Shown here piece by piece: positions 1 to 12,526 of a DNA stretch of 64,000 nucleotides. The DNA is from Malacoraja senta (lineage: Eukaryota). The first letter of the stretch is position 1. Each line of letters starts with the position of its first letter. The notes below the pieces were generated by a model. The model searched no databases. It was not told where the DNA came from and saw only the letters and a program-made list of their open reading frames with translations. Both the position numbers and the translations under genes were made by a program. The DNA lies in assembly GCA_038087875.1 (NCBI GenBank), contig JAXLNO010001237.1:124001-188000 (forward strand). The letters are read 5' to 3'.

Positions 1-1189
1 TATTTCTTATTTTACTCAGTGAAGAGATGAGGGCTTTGCAGGCTGAGATAACATTTCATTGCCCATCCCTCATTGCCCTTGAGAAGATGAGCTGAACACT
101 ATGATCCTGGAGGTCATAACGTCAGAAGTGATCGGAGCAGAATTAGGCCATTTGGCCCATCAAGGCTCCGCCATTCAATCATGTCTGATCTATCTCTTCC
201 CCTCAACCCTTATTCTCCTGCCTTCTCCCCATTACCCCTGTCACCCGTACTAATCAATGTACACCCACAATACTATGAGGGAGAGAGTTCTAAGTTGTTG
301 AACCAGCAATGGCGAAGGAACATCGTTATTTTTCCAGGTCAGGATGATGTGTGGATTGGAACATAACTTCTAGGTGGGTGGCGTTCCCATGCTTTTGCTG
401 CCCTTGTCCTTCTAGCTGGGAGAGATCGAAAGGTCGAGGGTTTGGCAGGTGCTGTCGAAGGAGTCTTGGCGAGTTGCTGCAATGTATCCTGAAGATGCTA
501 CAAGCCGCTGCTACTGTGTACCTGTGGTGGAGTGAGTGAATGTTGAGGATGATTCAATGGTTTTTTATTCAAGATTCTCCATCACCCTCAAACAGCATGG
601 CCCGCCGACCAAAGTCCCTCTCCTCGCCCATCCGTCTCTGTGTCTCAGGGAACACTTCCTGCAGCGGACCTCGAAGGTGCTGGAGGCAATATCCTGGCCC
701 CTCTACTACCAGTCCATACGTCTATTCTCACCCATAGGGTTAAAGGAAAGTGCTCTGCATTGGAAGAGATCGGGATCTGTGGCAGGTATCCCCATTACCA
801 CCAGAGGGCACTGTCGTTGCATTATTCCATTTGAACTGTTATTTTTCCAAAGATAAATTTTATTCAGCTTATCAAATTCCAACGTAACTTTAATTGGTTC
901 TCAACTTACCAATGGAATTGCAATAGAAGCATTTTGGCCCATGGTTTTTCCCGATTTAAAGCATGATATTTTAACCTTCCTAATATAGGCTGGGACTGCA
1001 ATAGTGTTAAAGGCTTAGATGGGATGGAATTTGTTGAGTGTATTCAGAATGGTTTCACCACACATAATAGCGGATTCTGCTATGGAGAGGGCAGAGCTTA
1101 ACCTACTCTTGGGAAATAGAGCAAGGCAAGTGACTGATGTGTCAGTGAGGGAGCACTGGAACAATAACCAGAGGTCTATTAGTTTAGTT

Positions 1190-3115
1190 TGGTCTAGTTT
1201 AGAGATACAGCACGGAAACAGGCCCTTTTGCCCACCGAGTCCACACATTAACACAAGCCTACACACACTGGAGACAATTTACACATACAGTGACTTCAGA
1301 AAGTATTCAAACCCCTTTACTTTTTCCACATGTTGTTACGTTACAGCCCTATTCTAAAATGCAATAAATTCATTTTTGTTATCATCAATCTACACACAAT
1401 GCTCCATAATAAAAAACTGAAAACAGGTGTTTAGAAACTTTTGCAAAGTATTTTAAAAGAAATTACTGAATTATCACATTTACATAAGTATTCAGACCCT
1501 TTACTCAGTACTTTGTTGAGGCACCTTTGGCAGCGATTACAGCCTCAAGTCTTCTTAGGTATGATGTTACAAGCTTGGCACACCTGTATTTGGGTAATTT
1601 CTCCCATACTTCTCTGCAGATCTTCTCAAGCTCTGTCAGGTTGGATGGGGAGCGTTGATGCACAGCTATTTTCAGGTCCCTCCAGAGATGTTCGATCAGG
1701 TCAAGTCCAGAATCTAGCTGGACCACTCAAGGACATTCACAGACTTGTCACAAAGCCACTCCTACATTGTCTTGGCTGTGTGCTTGGGGTCATTGTCCTG
1801 TTGGAAGGTGAACCTCCGCCCTAGTCTGAGGTCCTGAATGCTCTGGAGCCGATTTTCATCAAGGATCTCTCTTTACTTTGCTCAGTTCATCTTTCCCTCG
1901 ATCCTGACTAGTCTCCCAGTTCCTGCCCCTGAAAAACATCCCCACAGCATGATGCTGCCACCACCATGCTTCACCGTAGGTATGGTATTGGCCAGGTGAT
2001 GAGCGGTGCCTGGTTTCCACCAGACCTGACACTTTGCATTCAGGCCAAAGAGTTCAATCTAGGTTTCATCAGACCAGAGAATCTTGTTTCTCATGCCTTT
2101 TGGCAAACTCCAAGCGGGCTGTCATCTGCCTTTTATAGAGTAGTGGCTTCCGTCTGGCCACTCTACCATAAAGGCCTGATTGGTGGAATGCTGCAGATAT
2201 AGTTGTCCTTCTGGAAGGGCTCCCATCTCCACAGAGGAACTCTGGAGCTCTGTCAGAGTGACCATCGGGTTCTTGGTCACCTCCCTGACCAAGGCTCTTC
2301 TCCCCCAATTGCTCAGTTTGGCTGGGCGGCCAGCTCTATGAAGAGTCCTGGTGGTTCCAAATTTCTTCCATTTAAGAATGACGGAGGCTACATTGCTCTT
2401 CGGGGCCTGCAATGATGCAGAAATTGTTTTATACCCTTACCCAGATCTGTGTCTCGACACAATCCTGTCTCAGAGGTCTGCGGACAATTCCTTCGTCTTG
2501 ATGGTTTGGTTTTTGCTCTGACATGCACTGTCAACTAGGGGACCTTATATAGACAGGTGTGTGCCTTTCCAAATCATGTCCAATCAATTTAATTTACCAC
2601 TGGTAGACTCTAATAAAGTTGTAGAAACATCTCAAGGATAATCAATGGAAACAGTATGCACCTAAGCTCAATTTTGAGTGTCATAACAAAGGGTCTGAAT
2701 ACGTATGTAAATGTGATATTTCAGTTATTTCTTTTTAATACTTTGCAAAAATTTCTAAACACCTGTTTTTGCTTTTTTTATTATGGATATTGTGTGTAGA
2801 TTGATGATAAAAATAAATAATTTAACCCATTTTAGAATAAGGCTGTAACGTGTGGAATGTGGAAAAAGTGAAGGGGTCTGAATACTTTCTGAATGCACTG
2901 TATACCTAGTATGCAAACCAAAGCCAATTAACCTACAAACCTGTACGTCTTTGGAGTGTGGGAGGAAACCGAAGATCTCGGAGAAAACTCACGTGGTCAC
3001 GGGGAGAATGTACAAACTCCGTAGGGACAGCACCTGTGGTCGGGATTGAACCTGGGTCTCCAGCGCTGCAAATGTTTTAAGTCAGAAACTCTACTGCTGC
3101 GCCACCGTGCCGCCC
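1190..3115 (-). mobile_element. tRNA-derived V-SINE (HE1-like) split by the Tc1 at 1288-2900
   Basis: A/B-box head at 3060-3115, central GGTTTCCTCCCACACTCCAAAGAC domain, and LINE-like tail at 1190-1287. Confidence 0.75.
1288..2900 (-). mobile_element. Tc1/mariner DNA transposon, full length, defective transposase
   Basis: TA|CAGTG...CACTG|TA with long TIRs. ORF fragments include SPDLNLIEHLW-like and RRKPLL motifs. Inserted inside a SINE. Confidence 0.92.
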
Positions 3116-6100
3116 TGTTTTAAAATAGTTATGGAAAAGAACTGATCTGATCACAATTTAAGTTTTAAATTAGGGCAAGGCTAAGTTTAACAGTGTTAGA
3201 CAAGAGCTTGCAAAGGTTAATTAGAGTTAGATGTATGCTGGCAAAAACAGAATTGATCCATTACAATTCACCCAGCAACAAAACAGATCCTTGGCAGACA
3301 TCATCTCCCTGGCCCTACACACATTTGCATTGATATTAGTTTATTATTAACCCGTGTATTGAGATACAGTGAAAAACAGTTTTGTGTGCTATCCAGGCAA
3401 ATCATACCACACATGAGTACAATCACACTAGGCACAAGTACAACAGGGAGTGCAAAAATATCAAGAGTACAGAATATAGTGTTACAGAATCAAAGAAAGT
3501 CCAATAAAATAGTACAAGGGCCGCTTGTGAGGTAGGTTGGGAGATCAAGACTACAACTTTATTATGTAGTCCCAAGCTTTCGTTGAGTCCTGGCAAAATC
3601 CTCGTAAATCTTCTCTGCGCCTTTTTTCAGCTTGATAACATCTTTCCCATAACATGTTCCCCAAAACTGGAGACAATACACTAAATGTAGCCTCACCAAC
3701 GTCTTATACGTGTACAACATGACCTCCCAACTTCTATACAGTGCTCTAACTGATGAAGGCCAATGTGCCAAAAGCCTTTTTGACCATCCTATCTACTTGT
3801 AATGCCACTTTCAATTACTGTGAAGTTACTGTGTAGTAACTTTCAATTACAGAATTTACTGTGTAGATTCTGCCCATGTTAGTGTTCCCAAATGCAACAC
3901 CTCACATTTCTCTGTATTAAATTCTATCAACAAATCCTCAGTCCACCTGCCCAATCAACAAGATCGTGCTGCAACTTTTGATAACCTTGTTCACTATCTA
4001 CAATACCACCCACTTTTGTGTCATCTGCAAACTAGCTAACCATGCCATGCACGTTCTCGTACAAATCATTGATACAGATGACAAACTGCATTGGGCCCAG
4101 CAGCAAACCCTGAGGCACACCACCAGTCACAGGCCTCCAGTCTGAAAAAACAACCCTCTACCATCACCCTCTGCTTCTTTCAATGACGTCAATTATCTAT
4201 CCATTCATCGATATCTCCATGAATCCCAATGGATCTAACCTTCTAGAGCAGCCTACCATGCGGTACCTTGTCAAATGCCTTACTAAAATAAATGTATACA
4301 ATGTCCACAGCTCTACCTTCATCGACCTTTTTGGTCACATCCTCAAATAACTCAAACAGATTCGGGCGATGACCTCCCATGTACAAAACCCTGTTGACTA
4401 TCACTAATCAGCCCCTGTCCATCTAAGTGCAGATATATATATATCGTATTGTATCCCGCAGAATACTCCCTAGTAACTTTCCAACCACAAATGTTAAGCT
4501 CACTGGCCTGTAGTTTCCATCCTTTTCCCTGCAGCCCTCCTTGAATAGAGGCACAGCATTTGCCTCCCTCTAGTCTTCTGGCAACTCGTCTGTATTTAAG
4601 AATGATTCATAAGTCTCTGCAAGGGTTCCTCGTTTCCCACAGTGTCCTAGGATATAACTGATCAGGCCCGGGAAATTGTCTATCTTCATACGCTTCAGGA
4701 ACGTTCAGCACCTCTGCAACATGTTCCCCATGTTGGGGGAGTCCAGAACCAGGGGCCACATAGAACGGAGACGAGGAAACAATTTTTCTCACAGAGAGTT
4801 GTGAGTGTGGAATTCTCTGCCTCAGAGGGCGGTGGAGGCCGGTTCTCTGGATACTTTCAAGAGCTAGATAGTGCTCTTAAAGGTAGCTGAGTCAGGGGAT
4901 ATGGGGAGAAGGCAGGAACGGATTTGGGATAATCAGCCATGAACACATTGAATGGCGGTGCAGGCTCGAAGGGCCAAATGGCCTTCTCCTGCACCTATTG
5001 CCTATTGTCTATTGATCATAAAACTGACTGCTCTCAAGCCACTTCCAGTGACTACCCCAAGTTCCCCATCCACCTGTCTTTCTCCACGGTAAAAACACTC
5101 CTTGAGGACCTTGCTCATCTCCTGTGGCTCCACACAGAATTGACCACTTTGATTCCTGAGTGGTCCCACACTTTCGCTGGTTACCCTTTTTCCTTTTATG
5201 TGCTTTTAATATCTCTTGGGATTATCATTAGTGCTATCTACCAGAGCGATCTCCTGTCCCCTTTTTGCCCTTCTGGTTTCCCTTTTTAACTTAGTTCCCG
5301 AAACTCCTCCAGGGATACACTTGATCCCAGCTGCCTATACCTGTCCAATGCCTTTTTCTTCAAACTCTTGACCATTACAAAAGTATTCTTGACCATATAC
5401 AAAAATTGGGACATCATGTAATTTCTGTACAAGTTATTGGTGAGACCACACTTGGAGTACAGTGTGCAGTTCCAGTCGCTAGTTATTGGAAAGATGTCAC
5501 TACGTTGGAGAAGGTGCAGAAGATTCATGAGGATTTCACTGATCCTTGCAGGCCTAAGTTATAAAGAGAAGCTGGATTGGCTGTGACCTTTTTCCTTTGG
5601 AGCATAGGAAGCTGAAGGGTGATCTTTCTGAAGTATGTAAAATGACAAGAGGCATGGATAAAGTGAACACAGTTTATTTCCCCATGGTACAGATTGTAAA
5701 ACTGGAGGACATTGGCTTAAGGTGAGAGGGGCGATATTGAAGAGGGACCACAATGCAACATTTTCACAGCCCTCTCCTATTATCTGAAAAATAGTTTCAT
5801 AGTTTAAGCTGCATGTTTATTAGAAAGCTGCAACATCTATATTCAAGCAGTTGAACAATTTGAACAATCAATGCAATATTTTAAAGCAGTAAACAATAAC
5901 TTGAGGAAGTTTATACAACCATTGCAAAGTCTCCATATACTTGATTGTCTTTAAATTCTTATCTTACTTTGGGAAGCAACTAGCTAGCTGATACATGCCA
6001 TCCAATCAAGCAGCTTCAATGTAGATGTCACTTATTTTTCCTATACTTCTATCAATGGGAGAATGATGTGGAAAGGGATGTTTTATCTTGATGCACATAT

Positions 6101-6123
6101 CCCAAATGCTCCTTCTATTAAAC

Positions 6124-6352
6124 CAGGGCTGTCTTAACAGCATTATAGGCTCCCGGGCAACGCAGTGCACTGGGGCCCCTACAATTCCAGTTTCTTTATT
6201 CCGAATCCAATATGGCGTCATGCACTTGCGATGTTCTTCTCCGTTTTCATGCTCTACAATAACATTCTACAATACATAGATTAGCATGGGGCCCCTGTGC
6301 TCCTGGGGCCCCGGGCAACTGCCCAGCGTGCCCATGCGTTAAGCCGGCCCTG
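6124..6352. mobile_element. hAT-like MITE
   Basis: TIR CAGGGCTGTCTTAAC / GTTAAGCCGGCCCTG; 8-bp flanks TATTAAAC / TAATAAAT (6/8). Confidence 0.65.
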
Positions 6353-6963
6353 TAATAAATGTCTCTTGTGTCATACATAAAGCGAATGGAACCTCTGGGC
6401 CTTATACCTTTACATGTCTGATGTGTCTGCCTGTGCAGATATCATCCAATCTTCCTTCACCTAAACGAGGACGCCGAGACAGTTCAGCTGTGGGATGCTT
6501 GTTTGCTGCCTGTTTAAAGAAAATTAAACAAAACCCAGTTACACAAAGCAAAATAATGAAGAATGCATGAGTATGAAGGGTCATCTGTTCATGTTCTCCA
6601 AAATACTGCCTGACCCCTTGTGATAATACAGCACTTTCTGTGCTTCAATGCATGAGTTCCAATCAGTTCCAGACATTGCCCGAACTGTTCCGTTGAGTGT
6701 CTAACCACAGGCCCAATCTATGGTATGTATCTCTGTTCTCGAATAATGTTGAACCCCATGGGATATTAAATTCATGGTCACAGAGCTATATAGCATGGAA
6801 ACAGGCCCTTAAGCCCACCTTGACCATGCCAACCAAGTTGTCATTTTCGGCTAATTCCACTTACCTGCATTTGGCCCTCTCAACCTTACCTATTCAAAGG
6901 TACACAAAAATGCTGGAGTAACTCAGCGGGTGCAGCAGCATCTATGGAGCGAAGGAAATAGGC

Positions 6964-6991
6964 AACGTTTCGGGCCGAAACCCTTCTTCAG
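6964..6991 (-). ncRNA. Minimal hammerhead ribozyme core in a Penelope-like tail
   Basis: CTGAAGA-AGGGTTTCGGCCC-GAAAC-GTT gives CUGANGA, stem II, GAAA and NUH. Confidence 0.6.
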
Positions 6992-8912
6992 TATGCCTTA
7001 CCTATTCAAATATCTGTCCAAATGTTCTTTAAAAGTCGTAATTGTATCGGATTCTATAGCTTTCTCAGGCAACTCATTTGGGAAATGGACTAATGTCTGC
7101 ATGAAAAAGGTGCCTCTAAAGGTCCCTCAAAAAGTTCTCACCTCTCACCTCAAACATATACCCTTTAGTTTTACAATCCTCTACCATAAGAAAAAGACTG
7201 TGAACATTCACTTTATCCATGTCCCTCATCATCTTGAACACCACAATAAGACCGACCACCCCTCAGACTCCTACGCTCCAAATCTGAAAGTTCCAGCAAA
7301 TGCACCTCTCCTTCGAGATTCCCCACCAGACCAAGTTGCTTCTCTCTGACCATCACAGTCAGGTTAATCCTGGAATGGCGGGACTGACATATGATGAAAG
7401 AATGGATCGACTGGGCTTATATTCACTGGAATCTAGAAGGATGAGAGGGTATCTTATAGAAATATATAAAATTCTAAAGGGATTGGACAGATGCAGGAAA
7501 AATGTTCCCGATGTTGGGGGTGTCCAGAACCAGAGGTCACAGTTTAAGAATAAGGGGTAGGGCAATTAGGACTGATAGCAGGGGGTGGAAGATTGCAACC
7601 TTCACGTGGTCCGTCCTGTTTCGACGAATGCAATCAACCCGGCATGCACAATTAAATAAGATCAAATAGAACAAGTTGTCCTACAACTTTGGCTGTGCAC
7701 GCCATGAGGAAGAAGAAGATTGATATGAGGAAAAACATTTTCACCCAGAGAGTTGTGAATCTGTGGAATTCTCTGCCACAGAAGGCAGTGGAGGCAAATT
7801 CACTGGATGTATTCAAGAGAGAGTTAGATATCGCTCTTGGGTCTAACGGAATCAAGGGATATGGGGAGAAACGTGGAATGGGGTACTGATTTTGGATGAT
7901 CAACCAAGATCATATTGAATGGCGGTGCTGGCTCAAAGGGCTGAATGGCCTACTCACCTATTTTCTACAGTGCATTCTGAAAGTATTCAGACCCATTCAC
8001 GTTTTCCACATTTTGTTATGTTACAGCCTTATTTTAAAATGGATTAAATTCTTTTTTTTTTATCATCAATCTACACACAAAACCCCAGAATGAAAAAGTG
8101 AAAACAGGTGTTTAGAAATTTTTGCAAAGTAATTAAAAATACATAACTGAAATATCACATTTACATAAGTATTCAGACCCTTTGTTATGACACTCAAAAT
8201 TGAGGTTAGGTTCATCCTGTTTCCATTGATTATCCGTGAGATGTTTCTACAACTTGATTAGAGTCCACCAGTGGTAAATTAAATTGATTGGACATGATTT
8301 GGAAAGGCACACACCTGTCTATATAAAGTCCCCCAGTTGACAGTACATGTCTGAGCAAACACCAAGCCATGAAGATGAAGGAATTGTTCGTAGACCTCTG
8401 AGACAGGATTGTGTCGAGACACAGATCTGGGAAGGGTATAAAACAATCTCTGCAGCATTGCAGGTCCTGAAGAGCACAGTGGCCTCAGTCATTCTTAACT
8501 TTGGAACCACCAGGAATCTTCATAGAGCTTGCCACCCGGCCAAACTGAGCAATCGGGGGAGAAGGGCCTTGGTCAGGGAGGTGACCAAGAACCCGATGGT
8601 CACTGACAGAGCTCCAGAGTTCCTCTGTGAAGATGAGAGAACCTTCCAGAAGGACAACTATATCTGCAGCACTCCACCAGTATGGTAGATTGGCCAGACG
8701 GAAGCCACTCCTCAGTAAAAGGCACATGACAGCCCGCTTGGAGTTTGCCAAAAGGCATGAGAAACAAGATTCTCTGGTCTGATGAAACCAAGATTGAACT
8801 CTTTGGCCTGAAAGCCAAGCATCATGTCTGGAGGAATCCAGGCACCGCTCATCACCTGCCCAATACCATACCTACTGTGAAGCATGGTGGTGGCAGCATC
8901 ATGCTGTTGAGA

Positions 8913-10104
8913 TAGAAACATAGAAACATAGAAAATAGGTGCAGGAGTAGGCCATTCGGCCCTTCGAGCCTGCACCGCCATTCAATATGATCATGGCTGA
9001 TCATCCAACTCAGTATCCCGTACCTGCCTTCTCTCCATACCCCCTGATCCCTTTAGCCACAAGGGCCACATCTAACTCCCTCTTAAATATAGCCAATGAA
9101 CTGGCCTCAACTACCCTCTGTGGCAGAGAGTTCCAGAGATTCACCACTCTCTGTGTGAAAAAGTTTTTCCTCATCTCGGTCTTAAAGGATTTCCCCCTTA
9201 TCCTTAAGCTGTGACCCCTTGTCCTGGACTTCCCCAACATCGGGAACAATCTTCCTGCATCTAGCCTGTCCAACCCCATAAGAATTTTGTACGTTTCTAT
9301 AAGATCCCCTCTCAATCTCCTAAATTCTAGCGAGTATAAGCCAAGTCTATCCAGTCTTTCTTCATATGAAAGTCCTGACATCCCAGGAATCAGTCTGGTG
9401 AACCTTCTCTGCACTCCCTCTATGGCTATAATGTCCTTCCTCAGATTTGGAGACCAAAACTGTACGCAATACTCCAGGTGTGGTCTCACCAAGACCCTGT
9501 ACAACTGCAGTAGAACCTCCCTGCTCCTATACTCAAATCCTCTTGCTATGAAGGCCAACATACCATTCGCTTTCTTCACTGCCTGCTGCACCTGCATGCC
9601 TACTGTCAATGACTGGTGTACCATGACACCCAGGTCTCGCTGCATCTCCCCATTTCCTAATCGGCCACCATTTAGATAATAGTCTGCCTTCCCGTTTTTG
9701 CCACCAAAGTGGATAACCTCACATTTATCCACATTATACTGCATCTGCCAAACATTTGCCCACTCACCCAGCCTATCCAAGTCACCTTGCAGTCTCCTAG
9801 CATCCTTCTCACAGCTAACACTGCCCCCCAGCTTAGTGTCATCCGCAAACTTGGAGATGTTGCTTTCAATTCCCTCGTCCAGATCATTAATATAAATTGT
9901 AAATAGCTGGGGTCCCAGCACTGAGCCTTGCGGTACCCCACTAGTCACTGCCTGCCATTGTGAAAAGGACCCGTTTACTCCTACTCTTTGCTTCTTGTTT
10001 GCCAGCCAGTTCTCTATCCACATCAATACTGAACCCCCAATACCGTGTGATTTAAGTTTGAATCCTAATCTCTTATGTGGTACCTTGTCGAAAGCCTTCT
10101 GAAA
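8913..10104 (-). mobile_element. 5'-truncated young CR1 LINE with open RT C-terminus
   Basis: Uninterrupted frame [11 protein letters not shown]...PQGSVLGP...KFADDTK...GYGEKAGTGY* and an (ATAGAAAC)n tail. Confidence 0.93.
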
Positions 10105-10264
10105 GTCATGTTTTTTAGCGGCAAAAACTTGGAGAATAGTCAGGATCGAGGAAAAGATGAAAGGAGCAAAGTACAGAGATATCCTTGATAAAAACCTGCT
10201 CCAGAGCGTTCTGGACCTCAGACTGGGGCGGAGGTTTACCTTCCAACAGGACAACAACCCTTAA

Positions 10265-10619
10265 AGCCCTGTCCCAAAGTACAAGTTCATTCCAAGAGCT
10301 CCCCCGCGTTTGCCCTGATTCGAACTCAGAGATTTACGGTAATGGCCAGTCGTCGGTACTCTGGGCTCTCGTGGACATTTTTCAACATGTTGAAAAATCT
10401 TCACGAGTCTTCCCGTGTTTACCTGTCGTTAGCGAGTCTTCCCGATTATCTGCCATTAGCGAGTCTTCCCGAGTTCGTGCCGTTCACGTTACGAGCCGCT
10501 AAGAGACGTCCCCGAGCTCCAACGTACCCGCTACGTTCATTCTCCGTGCTCACCACGAGTTTGATTTTTTTTTAACTTGGGAGAGCTCTTGGAATGAACA
10601 CGTACTGTGGGACAGAGCT
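10265..10619. mobile_element. MITE with TTAA TSD (Kolobok/piggyBac-type target)
   Basis: TTAA|AGCCCTGTCCCAAAGTAC ... GTACTGTGGGACAGAGCT|TTAA inside the Tc1, with internal GCGAGTCTTCCCGA repeats. Confidence 0.8.
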
Positions 10620-11080
10620 TTAAGCACACAGCCAAGACAACGCAGGAGTGGCTTCATGACAAGTCTGTGAATGTTCTTATGTGGCCCAGCCAGAGCCCGG
10701 ACTTGAATCCGATCGAACATCTCTGGAGGGCCCTGAAAATAGCTGTGCATTGACGCTCCCCATCCAACCTGACAGAGCTTGAGGGGATCTGCAGAGAAGA
10801 ATGGGAGAAATTACCCAAATACAGGTGTGCCAAGCTTGTAGCGTCATACCCAAGAAGACATGGTTGTAATCGCTGCCAAAGGTGCTCAACAAAGTACTTA
10901 GTAAAGGGTCTGGATATTTATGTAAATGTGATATTTCAATTATTTCTTTTTAATTACTTTGCAAAAATTTCTAAACACCTGTTTTCGCTTTTTTATTATG
11001 GGATATTGTGTTTAGATTGATAAGGAAATGTCAGAGACCATATCTGAAACCAAGATTGGATAATGAATTAATTTCTAACT

Positions 11081-11086
11081 TTTATT
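11081..11086 (-). promoter_or_regulatory. Candidate polyadenylation signal AATAAA of the receptor gene
   Basis: Minus-strand AATAAA about 265 nt downstream of the stop codon, just before the Tc1 end near 11020. Confidence 0.5.
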
Positions 11087-11351
11087 TTCTAAATTTCTAA
11101 CGAATTAATTAACTTGAACTGGATCCCTTCACCCGGATTAAATACTCAGCGTTACCAGGATTTCAAGGACGTGTGTTCATAGCCAGATAATCCGACTCAG
11201 TGATGGGTGTTAATTTACTCTCTGCACCAAATTTGTAGTCAGACTGAACTCCTGTCGGCCCATCTCCACGCTTGTCGTTCCTGCCTGAATCCTCATCATT
11301 TCTGCAGCAGTTGACAGATATCACATGGTGCAGATGCGCCATTGGCAACAG

Positions 11352-11408
11352 TTACTGGAACGTACCTCGGAGATGACCGTAGATCGACTGAGTGGGTCTT
11401 TGCAAATC
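11352..11408 (-). CDS. Terminal cytoplasmic exon (completes ITAM)
   Basis: Acceptor ttctttgttttctgctag|GAT after a 90-nt intron. Reads DLQRPTQSIYGHLRGTFQ*; joined to the previous exon it gives IYMDL-QRPTQSI-YGHL. Confidence 0.82.
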   Translation of the reverse strand, partial: DLQRPTQSIYGHLRGTFQ

Positions 11409-11498
11409 CTAGCAGAAAACAAAGAAATGTTGGAAACAGCAGCTTAGCAACTCGTGGTCAGCGAAACGCTTCAACGTCTTAAATGTAACTTTTCTTAC

Positions 11499-11540
11499 CA
11501 TGTAGATGGCGTTTGGATCTGCCTGATGATCTCCTGAATT
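11499..11540 (-). CDS. Cytoplasmic exon 2 (first ITAM tyrosine)
   Basis: Acceptor gtgttctgttgtag|AAT, donor ATG|gtaaga, 42 nt, phase 0-0. Reads NSGDHQADPNAIYM. Confidence 0.82.
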
Positions 11541-12526
11541 CTACAACAGAACACAATCGAACAGTTACTTTGATCAAAAAACTGGCTTCAGAATTCACTG
11601 CAGTCACCATGGCCACTCGTGTTATTGAAAACTACAAAGTCAGGTGTCAAGTGCACAGAAGGAAGTGGAGGTTATTGTAAAGTTAAGCAAAATATTGCAG
11701 TCACTGCAAATAATTGACAGAGGATCAGGAAGATGAAAGGAACAGAATGCTGGGCACTTCACACAAACCCCATTGGCAGGGGGTGTTGAGCAGCCTGAGA
11801 ACAGACTTTGTTTCCCCATCTCTGAAACTCCCAGTCAGTCTGTGGTCGGGCAACTGAAGGGAGAGAGGAAATAAATCGGAGCAGAGGGTCTGAAAGATTG
11901 TAGCAGGAATCCTGGCAGCTCCCTTCATTGTTCAGGAGAACAAGTACTGAATATTTTCAGTGCGATGATGAGACATGATGGAACTACACTCATAAGAAAA
12001 ATATAACTTCTCCACACACTGAAACGACTGCAATCTCTAATCTGGGACACACACTCCATGCAAATGGGAACAACAAGCACACACACACCACACACACTCC
12101 ATGTCACACAGGAGTCAGCAGGTTCAGCGGAGCTGAAGTACTAGGAATGATTATCATCAAAGTCATCGGGAGAGATTTTTGAAAGGATTCTGACATTATA
12201 TTAAACAAGAACCTGCCTTTACTGTGATTAAACACTCCAAGGAGCTTGAAGTGGACATTATCAGAGAACAGTTGAAGTAGTTGTGCTAATAATGGAGCTG
12301 ATGGCCAAATGTTTGGCCAGAGAGGATGGTTCTGAGCAGCCAAAAGCAGGAGAGATCCAGAGGTTGAACTCCTCTCAGGTTAAACAGCTGAAGCTGAAGC
12401 TTCAGTGGATTGTTAGACATGGTAGTGTTCTCACATTCCTGTTCATGAGCAGTGCATGTCCCACTCTCCATCAACAGACGCACCATGTACATTTACAAAT
12501 CATAAAGACATTGCGACAATACCCAA

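Larger units (their letters stand above)
7968..11020 (+). mobile_element. Second Tc1 copy, carrying a nested CR1 and a MITE
   Basis: TA|CAGTGCATTCTGAAAGTATTCAGACCC start. Transposase fragments at 8347-8910, 10106-10260 and 10624-10900; right TIR truncated near 11020. Confidence 0.9.

Noticed and set aside
9010-10257. 415-aa ORF as a complete gene
   Set aside because: It is chimeric: the N-terminus is antisense Tc1 sequence fused by chance to a truncated CR1 RT.
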